A DNA stretch of 58,511 nucleotides, the filler included, from Mitosporidium daphniae (Eukaryota): assembly GCF_000760515.2 (NCBI RefSeq). It is 3 parts of 3 records of this genome, joined end to end, with 100 filler letters (N's around TTAATTAATTAA, not from the genome) between each part and the next. Parts side by side here need not be neighbours in the genome. Positions count along the whole stretch, not along the records: positions 39,854 to 58,511 come from NW_013546128.1; 2 more parts are not named here. One strand, given 5' to 3'. Below, piece by piece: positions 49,570 through 58,511 of this stretch. Under the pieces are notes generated by a model. That model worked only from the letters and a program-made list of their open reading frames with translations. It searched no databases and was not told where the DNA came from. Positions within the stretch are counted from its first letter, which is position 1; each line of letters begins with the position of its first letter. Position numbers and translations under genes: made by a program.

Positions 49570-50783
49570 ATGAATACCTATGAAAAGAGACTTGAATCGT
49601 TCACACTCAACCGCTGGCCGTTGGATGATAGTCCCGACCAGAAATACTCCGTAGAATTGGTAAGATATTTGACATCTTAGGTTAATTAGTTTGCAGCTGC
49701 TGGATTTTATTTCAGCCCAACTCAAAGCCATCCAGATGCGACATCTTGTTATTGTTGCGCGAAAGACCTAGATGGCTGGGAGCCAGAAGATGATCCGTGG
49801 ATGGCTCACATAAAGCATGGAAGAATGCCAAAAAAAACGGCAATCCGGTATTTTTCTTCGCTGCAGTCGCTGGAAAGACGCCCTGATCACATTAAAAAGA
49901 ATCTCTCCTCTATAATAGCAGGCCTTCGATCAGGACCCGACGAAGTTGCATGTCCCTTGGTAACCATGCATTTAGAGAGATCAAGGCTATTCTCATTTAC
50001 CTCTGGATGGCCCCATAAGGACGATGGTTTGCAAGAATTTAAGGCATCTCCGTTTTCGGTATCGCGCTTGGAATCATTTATTGCTAGTTGGCAGCATCCG
50101 GCTTTTTCTTTTATCCATCATTAAGCTCGAATGATCAAGTTGTATGCTACCAGTGTGGTTTGGCTCTGAGCGGTTGGGAACCTGATGACGATCCATGGTT
50201 TATCAAGTATTATTGCCTATTCCCTAGGTTTGAACATTGCAAAAGACGTCCCGAATGTCTCCATATTAAAGGATCACCGGCCGAACCATATTCATTCACT
50301 TCAATATTTAGCACATGTCCATCCCTTTTACCAATATCGCCAAATGCATCGATAACCCTTATTGATGAAGGACCGAAATATCGATTGATAACAGCCAAAA
50401 TGTCAAACGAAACATCCGATGTATCTCATGACCTTCCTTCGGTTGAAAAGTCGAGGAAAAAGCACACTTTCAAGCCAAAAGTCAGAAGATCTCAGATCTT
50501 TTCTCAAAACGCACAAAATACGCCAGTATCCGCCTCTAGAATAAAAGAAATCATACAGAAATCAAGAGATTCCAACCAATTCAAGGAGACTGACGAACCA
50601 GACAAAAACTTGCAGCCCAGAGTTTGTTCTATTGATTCTCGCCAATCTGGACCAATCATGCAGCCCTATTGTTCGCTTGAAGAATTTGAAAAAATCTCAT
50701 CAATGACAGTTGGCACGTATGTTGAGTGGATCGGCAACGAAATTGTACATGTCTTTGATAGAATTACAAATGGCACCCTGTAA
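49570..50783 (+). CDS. BIR1: Bir1/survivin-like protein with two BIR domains (spliced)
   Basis: RLESF..RWP, AAAGFYF..CYCCAKDLDGWEPEDDPWMAH; second BIR LAASGFFF..CYQCGLALSGWEPDDDPW..EHCKRRPEC. Confidence 0.88.
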
Positions 50784-50800
50784 ATGTTTAATGGTAAATG

Positions 50801-51146
50801 TTAGCTGGTATCTTCCAGGAGCTTCTTTATGTATCTGTTAAAAATTGCATCTATTTCCGATTCTTTCAGATTTTCAGTACGAATTGAAATCTTTTTCCCA
50901 TTCACTATTTGCAAATAAAAATCGGTATCAATCCTACCAAAATCCATGTCCAATTTGGGGGCGGCAATTGAGGATGAATTGACAATATTAATGAAAGAAA
51001 GGGTTTCTGGCGTCAATAAATGTCGAAGAAATAGCCTAAATGAGAAAAGACTTTTTGTACCTAGACCCAACGTGCGTGTTGTTACAAGGAGCAAACGACA
51101 CCTCGATCCGCTTAACAAGCCCAACCAAAGAAGCTGCCCTAACCAT
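50801..51146 (-). CDS. Mitochondrial ribosomal protein mL53 (yeast MRPL44-like), spliced
   Basis: VKRIEVSFAP..GSR/LFLRHL...PKLDMDF/..NGKKISIRTENL...IFNRYIKKL pattern. Confidence 0.65.
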
Positions 51147-51180
51147 TTGGAAAATTAAAAATAGTTTATTTAAATTCGAT

Positions 51181-52899
51181 TTAATTGCAAAAGATCTTTT
51201 CCGCTTCTTCAATGATGAATTGAATGACTTCAATTCTGGGGTCTCCCGCTTTGATTGCAGAATTTTTTTCTTCCTGTATTTCGGCAAGAAGAGGAAAAAA
51301 TATCAATGCCAATTCCAAAGAGCTCGATCCATTTGTCATCGAGTTTCTTGAAACTCTGTGCAAATGAAGAAACAGGGTAGAAATCAAAGTGTATTCCAAC
51401 TTTACCGTATCGCCGATGGTGGCTTTGATCATCTTGAAAGTATTGTCCTGTTTGGTAAGATTCGACATTGCAGAGTGGATTTTATCGAAAAACGAAGCTA
51501 TAAAAATCTTTCTTGGATAAAAATCCATCAAAGCTCGTTTTAATAGCTGAGATAGATTTGACAAAATGGGCTCATCGACATTCTCACAGGAAAGATCCTT
51601 TCCTATTGGAAAAGTTGTTACAAGGGACTCTAGTAATAAGTAAGCAGCAATGGTTTACTAACCCGTGCCATAGAGATTAAATGTGGTCAATCCACCTAGC
51701 TGTTCAATCGAGTTAATTATTCTTGAAACCAAGGGAGCCAGGTCAATTCCAACAACACAAAGCTCCAAAAGAGAACAATGCGTTTGACTAGAAATATCGA
51801 TTGAAGAATAGAGCTCTCTTAAGGAGAGGAAAGACAACTCTTCAGAAATATTGCCCATTTTTTTAATCAGAGCCGGAAACTGCTTATCAACAAAGGATTC
51901 TTTTTCGAAATTTACTTTCTTGTAATGTTCAGAGTGCTTCAAAGTCAATGTAGAAAGCTTATCTTTCAACAGCTCGAATTCCTAAAACAAGACGATAGTT
52001 TCTAACCTCTATTGGAGATACCTTTTTTGGACCAAAAAAAAGAGAGATTCTGCTCTTGGTAGTTTTGTAGCTTTTTATAGATCCAAAGGAAGACACAGAA
52101 TCGGACAAGCGATTCTTTTCTTCCGGTCCTATCGTGACCTTAGGAGATATGGAGGAAAATTTCGATTCGACAGTTTCCAACTTACGAGATAGCGATTTAA
52201 CAGACGATTCGCCACTCAGCAGCTTTTCAAGCTCTTTTTGGAATATTCTTTTAATCTAGCAATGTTTTACATCGACATTTCGGCATACCTCCTTGCGACT
52301 TTTACTGGCAGATTCATGATGGCCTTTGAGATTGCACAGGATTTGCTTTAGCAAACAGGAGGCTCGATAGTAAACGGTCGATTGCTCGTTGTAAATTTTT
52401 CTGATCTTCAGAAAAGACCTGTTTTCTGCCTCTTGTACGCCAAATTCGTCGCAAGCTTTGATGAGAGATCTATATCGATGGTCATCCATCTCATAAAGTC
52501 TGCCTATGAATTCTTTAATATTCTAAATAGTTAGCAACAACGGGGAGCAAACCTTGGTGGACGAGATTGCCCTCTTAAGGTTAGTGTCAGCCTCCTTGAA
52601 AGTATCCTAAAAATAGAACCGCGAAATACTTGAAGGATTCTCAAATCATCGCTTGTGATCATCGATATGCTTTTGGTCTTTATGGTTGGCTGTGCTATTT
52701 CGTTTAGCGAGGCTGCAGATAGCAAGTCAAGCTTTGGACGGTAAACTTTTGAAAGAGCAGCATTTGACTTTCTGGCCAGAGTCTCTCCTGTCGCCCCCTC
52801 TTGTTCGTTTGTTCGATTTGCTGATCTCAGAGATTTAAGTGATGCATGTAGATCTTGGCGTTCTCCAAAAATGGTCGACGAATTTTGTACTAATGACAT
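51181..52899 (-). CDS. Multi-exon protein with a helical N-terminus and a C-terminal RhoGAP-like domain
   Basis: PLVSRIINSIEQLGG...LY, LSQLLKRALMDFYP and LHLHRVSRNSMTNGSSSLELALIFFPLL resemble RhoGAP boxes. Confidence 0.55.
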
Positions 52900-53327
52900 T
52901 ATCTCAAATAAAATGAGCCATAACTTTTATGATTTTTAGTTCTTTAATGGACAATGCACATTTACATCCAGGCAACCATTAGCAAATCAGCTTGCGGTTC
53001 CGTGGGTTTTACGCATTTGGGATTTTTGATTTTAATAAGCAACTGGGCATGTGTGATGGTAGATTTACTTGCATGGTACATCTACGGGCCAATCGGGGTA
53101 AAACGGCTTGAACCCCAAAAGGTTTTGGTGGACTCGAAAATCTCCGCCCCCGCCCCAATAGAGAGAATATTTAGCAAATAAGCGCCATTAATTGATTAAA
53201 TTAAATTAAATTAGTAATTTTGATAAGGTTTTTGCATTGCATTAAAGGTTTTCTTTAGTGCAGTGTCAGTATATGCTTGCAGAAGCCGCAGTTTCTCCCA
53301 AGATTATCTGTAGATCCCTATTTTGAT

Positions 53328-54477
53328 ATGTGTATAAAATTCATGTTTGACAGTTACAACCAAGGGAAGCGGTATGCTAGTGGCTTCAATAATCATAGAG
53401 TTTCTATTGATCAACTTGACGAGAAGCTTTTACAGCCCATTGTTTTCACGCAGAGCCTCACAGATGAGTAAATTTGCCCTGTAATCTTTAGAACTATCAT
53501 GGATCATTCAATATATAAAATCCATTACAAAAACTGGCAGTTTGACGCGTTCCTTTTTAACGATGAAGAGTTGCTTTCCATATCATATGGTTGCTTCAAA
53601 GATAGCGGGGTGCTTGATCGGCTACATATTACCACACCCGAGTTTATTTGTTTCCTTAAACTCATCCGAAGCCTATATACACACAATGACTACCACAATT
53701 ATAAGCATGCTGTGGATGTTCTTCAATCCACCTTTTTCGTTCTCTCTACGAGCCCGTTCCTTGAAAAATTTTGTGATGTTGAAATTTTTTCTCTGCTTCT
53801 TGCCTCTCACTGCCATGACATTCGACATCCTGGATGCTCCAATCAATTCTTGGTTAGTGCCTTTTGTATTTTCTTATCTGTAGAGCGTATCGAAATCCAG
53901 ATTGGCACGTGAGTATAATGACGTGAGCGTTCTCGAACTATACCATTGGGCACAATTGAGACAAATACTCAAAAATACGGAGGGCTTCAACGCCCTGCCT
54001 TCCCTTTCGGGACAAATGAAAGACGATATCATCAAGATGCTGTATGAATACATCATCGCCACGGACTTGGCGCGCCATTTCACATTTATTCAAAAATTGA
54101 CTGTTTTTTTATCTCAGAAAAGCTACTCGCAAATTTTTGAAACAAAGCCTGGTCGTATCTTAATTAGTTGCTGTATCATAAAATTTTCTGACATTTCAAA
54201 TGTGTCGCGGCCTTTCCATATTTACATGAAATGGGTCAATTCTCTAGTTAATGAATGCATCATTCAGAACAAGATGGAGGATATATTTCAATTTCCATGT
54301 CACCAGTTTGATGTGTCTAACATTTCCGCCTTTCAGCGCCATTTCATGGATAAGATCGTGATGCCCTTTTTTAAGGTCTTGTCGCAATTTTTTCAAGGAC
54401 CTCTTACCGATGCTTTTAATATTTATGCGGCAAATCGAATGTATTGGAACATATTCCACGAGGCTATGCCAGTTTGA
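53328..54477 (+). CDS. Class I cyclic-nucleotide phosphodiesterase (start uncertain; 2 introns)
   Basis: YHNYKHAVDV, HCHDIRHPGCSNQFL, SVLELYH, ATDLARH, IKFSDISNVSRP. Confidence 0.9.
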
Positions 54478-54523
54478 CTGTATCATTTCAAATAATTTAT
54501 TCAAAACATCTTAATGGGCCTGC

Positions 54524-55706
54524 TTATTTATGGCATCTTCTAAAAATGCTGTATGAAAATATCCCAATCGATACAACGGATACTGCAACTCCATAAATGA
54601 AAATTTTCCTGTTTCGGTTTCTTTTTTGGAAATCCAAAAGAGTAACATATAACTCTTCAAATAGCTCCGAAGAAAAATTAAAAGAAAGGACAGCCTCGGC
54701 AATGAGCGAATCAACAGAATCCTCGGAAAGGTGTGGGAGAGAATTAAGAGCTTCTCGATAGCGGTTTTTAAACGAATCAATAGACATTCCAAGATTTGGA
54801 AATTGGTAAAAAGAAACACCACCCGATTGCGGATCAAGCGCGTACATTTTGGTAATCTTTCGGCTCATAATTTGCCCGCCAGACAAATCACCCAAGTATC
54901 TGGTATACGCTATGGCGATCAATAGCTTTGGATCCGTATTTTTACATTTCTCAATTCGTGCAATATATGTGCGGGTCGATGGTGTTATGATTGAAAGAAC
55001 CTCGTCAGCTGGAATATGAAGCCGATTGCAGTAAAAATTAATGTCCTTCAAAAGAGCCTCTTTCCTGTGGAGCTCGGTCGGAAAGTAAATTTTTCCCAAA
55101 AATTGGTCTTCCGAATTTTCATTCAAAGCCAGCTCAAGTGCACCATAAATGTGATAGAAAGAGACAAGAAGTCGCAGGTATATTTCTTGGGGAAATGCAT
55201 TTGGATCTGCTTTTAAAATGCAGTTAACAACCGGAAGCCGCTCAACCCTCTCATGTACCTCAGTGGTGCCAATTTTAAGCTCTTCGGCTAGGAGAATGTC
55301 TAAAAATTAAAAAGGAAAGTGGCTTGCCCGATTCGTAATTAATAAAGAGATCAATTCTGTAAATGGACAAGGCCCTTACAAGGGACGAAGAGGAGGGAGA
55401 TGCACATCGGGTATCGAAAGGGCATTTGGGATGGTTTTTAGGTATTGCATCTGCAATCATCTGTAGCAGGGTTTCCTTATTTTTGCCAGCTGAAATCAAT
55501 CGATAAGGGCATGAATTTTGTTTCTGGAATGCCGCGCTATTTTGATTAGAAGAAGCCGGCTACCATTTAGCTTTTGCAAGTTCACATAAATTTTCAAATT
55601 TGTCGCGCATAAAATTCGTATTTGCAATTGGGCATCGAGACTTTGAGTGATTGGCACCGTTGGATGTGGCAAGGTGCGATGGCTTGCTATCGTTCACTTC
55701 ATTCAT
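54524..55706 (-). CDS. HMX1: Heme oxygenase with C-terminal TM anchor and N-terminal Cys-Pro extension
   Basis: LKIGTTEVHERVE (proximal His), YTRYLGDLSGGQ, EAVLSFNF, C-terminal hydrophobic tail. Confidence 0.9.
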
Positions 55707-57348
55707 GTGCTAAAATGTGGTAGCTGATTATTTTAAAATTAAATTGAATCTGGTACTTTATACGCGTTTCTAACCCTAATTTCGATATTCTTAATTGCCA
55801 ACTGAATCAAAATTTATGCTGGCCTAAATTACTGATAGAAGATATGGGGCTTTCTTCGTTTGCACCGAAAAATATTTATCCTTGTCGTCTGATTTCAAAA
55901 GCCCATGTTTATCATGGAGAAATTCTTTGCCATATTCAACCCCAATTCATGCCAAGTACTTTGCTTCAACCCTGACACGTGGATTTCTTACTAAAAACCA
56001 AGGGAAACTTTGATTTTTATGCGCATGGATAAAGGTAGAGAATTTTTTGAAAAATAAAGACAAAAAAGAGACGATGAGGCCCAATCTTATAAATGATCCT
56101 TATACCCTCATTCTCGCTGTGATTTCTTTTTAAATCGATTGGGTCGATTCGCTGTCTCGTTTCGCGAAGGTGAGAGGATCCTGTTGCTTGTGTTCCAAAG
56201 AAGCTACATGGAAATATAGCCATAAAAATATTGGGATTGATGCTAGAATGGCATCTCAACCACCTGAGATATATCCACAAAACCATTGTAAAGAAAAATG
56301 TCAGATTAAGCTACCTTTCCCTTTTGCTTTTTGTTACATCGATGTGGCAGGAAAAATTTTAAAGCTCCGCTGCGCTACATTACAGTGCTAGAAGGTCTTA
56401 AACTGACAACCGCGTATTTATGTGAGTTCATACACACATTTTCAAGCTCACCCTCAAATGCATTTATTTCAAAGCTTGGGCGGTTTGAAAAGTCCATTTT
56501 TACTGTGTTGTTTGCAATCTGTTGATTCTTCCTGCAGACTTGTTTCAAACGAATTGTTTTTTCTGTTATAAGATTTCTCAAATTGAGCAGATGAGCTTTG
56601 AATCGGACACGGAACTTTCTGAAATTCATTGGTATCCTCTAAAAGCCCTTCTGCTGGAAAGCCTTCTGGACTATGATGAAGTTGCACTCTCATCGTAATG
56701 AGGACTGCGTCTATGCCTTTTATCATCGCTCAAATAGTAGGAGCTCCAGTGTGGCGGTCTGGATTGGTGATTAGAGCTAAGAGGGGACGCAGAATGATAC
56801 CATGGAGCCTTTCCTATATAGGGTCTAGACTTCGCATCTTGGAGGCCAAGGGTACGCGAATAATAGGCTCGAACTGGTTTTATATCGAGTTCATTTTCCC
56901 GTTAAAGGGAAAATTTTATACCATTCCGTTGGTAGAGACAAGGGCCTTTTTGGGCGAGGCTTTATTTGCAAATGTACAAATCCAAGCACACGTGGGCGTC
57001 TGCTGTCACAGTCATAAATGAGCTTGACAGATTAGACATCACCATACGGTTTTTAGATATCTTGAGGAGCTTTCTCTTTAATATACATGGAGAGGCCAAA
57101 GATACCCAGCACATTCTAAATGGGTCCGGGTGAGGTGGATTTGTTCTTCTGGCCTTGCGCGATCTGACATTCGCCCTCAATTTTATAATCAAATTCCGGT
57201 CTCTCGTTTTAACTTGATTGGGTCTCGATAGATTGTTATAATATAAAGAGCTTCATAATGCACCAGGTAAGCTTGTTTGTCGACAAACATTCCAAAATAG
57301 TGCAACTAAAATTTACCATTAAATTTGTTTAGCGGAATCAAAATATAC

Positions 57349-57684
57349 ATGTCTCTGTTTGAAGTTAAAGATTATGATAACCTTTGTTTTCTATGCGCCT
57401 TTTTTTGGTCGAGTTTCGCATATTTTATCCTCGGGGTTTTCTTTCAAACAGTTTTTATACTCTTTCACGGAATATACACTATTCTTAAACAAATTATCTT
57501 TGGTAATAAGACTCCAATTGATGATGAGGAGGTTGTTCTGCCGCTACCTTCCTCACTCAAAATCGTTTTTACACAAGCCCTAGCTGGAGTCATTTTTGGA
57601 GAATCTACTTTCAAATCCAGATATTTAACCCCCATATATGGGTTTTTTGAAATTTATAGGTCCTTCAGAAGGTTTCATGGCTAA
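57349..57684 (+). CDS. Hypothetical small membrane protein
   Basis: About 110-aa hydrophobic ORF; family not recognised. Confidence 0.4.
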   Translation: MSLFEVKDYDNLCFLCAFFWSSFAYFILGVFFQTVFILFHGIYTILKQIIFGNKTPIDDEEVVLPLPSSLKIVFTQALAGVIFGESTFKSRYLTPIYGFFEIYRSFRRFHG

Positions 57685-57910
57685 TAAGAATATCGGCTGC
57701 GATGAAAAGCCTCCTTTCAAGAGTCAAAAAAATAAATTTTGCGTTGGTGTTGGGATTTACTAGAATATTTATTGTGCAAGCGCGATATGATTAGATTTTA
57801 CTCTGCTTTATGTTGTAATAAACGGAATTATGGGGGGGGGGCACTTGGATTCAAGGCTGTATGGGGTGAAAACTGCAAATCGGGGCAGATGGGCGAATCA
57901 GAGTGCACGC

Positions 57911-58011
57911 GGAATTAAATTAAATTAGATTGAATTTGATTGGAATGAATGGAATTGGATTGGATTGGATTGAATTGAATTGAATTGAATTGGATTGGAT
58001 TGGATTGGATT
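57911..58011. repeat. Pentanucleotide microsatellite (TTGGA/TTGAA)n, about 20 units
   Basis: Directly visible. Confidence 0.92.
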
Positions 58012-58511
58012 TGCAGGTGAGAGACATCTATATTTAGGAGCAGCGAGGCAATAAGAATTCCAAAAAAACGTCGTATTGACGCAAGTTCAGAGAGTGATCC
58101 AAAAGGGTGTACTGATGTTCTTCCTGCATTTTAGCGGCGAAGGCGGGAAATGAAGCTGCCCAGGTGGGCCCAAACGCAAAAACAGCGGTGTCCGAAACAT
58201 GCGGGCATCTGGCCAGGTGCGATCTGAGAAAACGAGCCTTGCAAGATGGGTTAGGGTTTAGTTTGATTTTATTGAATTTAACTTGGCATCAGTCAATATC
58301 AAATAATTCGATCAACTGCTCTCCAACCCTTCCATGCTTAAAATGCCGAAAAATGTCGAAACTTTTTTTGTCTCAAAAAAGAGCGGCAATCATATGGAAC
58401 GATCGAGAATGTCCGAGAAACTCAAGAAAAACATGCGCAGCGCTCCAAACGGCGGACAAACCGCAATATGGGTGAATTCGGATCGGTTGAAAAGGGAGCA
58501 GTAAATTACAT

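Noticed and set aside
55534..55565. Second apparent in-frame TAG, in the heme oxygenase 5' region
   Set aside because: It is removed by a 27-nt GT-AG intron with a CTAAT branch site.

Overview
This is a eukaryotic, extremely gene-dense scaffold: roughly 40 genes in 58.5 kb, many intergenic gaps of 25-60 bp, and spliceosomal introns mostly about 21-35 nt. That compaction, together with retained mitochondrial machinery (PDH E2, Pet117, mitoribosomal mL53/mL54), points to an early-branching microsporidian relative such as Mitosporidium (inference, not checked). At least three contigs are joined by artificial N-TTAATTAATTAA-N linkers at about 20.0 kb and 39.8 kb. The content is mostly housekeeping: RNR2, SSU72, TFB5, MetRS, trehalase, CCA1, otubain, MscS, Pol alpha, CBF5, RFX, NOG1, MCM3, MMS19, DIB1, two prefoldins, SAS10, SPC24, LAT1, RPL9, BIR1, a phosphodiesterase and heme oxygenase. 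Several genes are missed or mis-framed by the ORF track and were rebuilt by hand across small introns. I found no rRNA, tRNA, transposon or CRISPR, and no clear-cut novel multi-gene system. The best leads are: an in-frame TAG at a conserved Gln in NOG1; a structured long 5'-UTR intron in RPL9; phased repeat arrays in divergent promoters; recurrent TTAGGG/AACCCTAA promoter boxes; an unexplained ~1.5 kb non-coding stretch that begins with a telomerase-template-like CTAACCCTAA; a GC-rich 16 kb block; and several divergent proteins.
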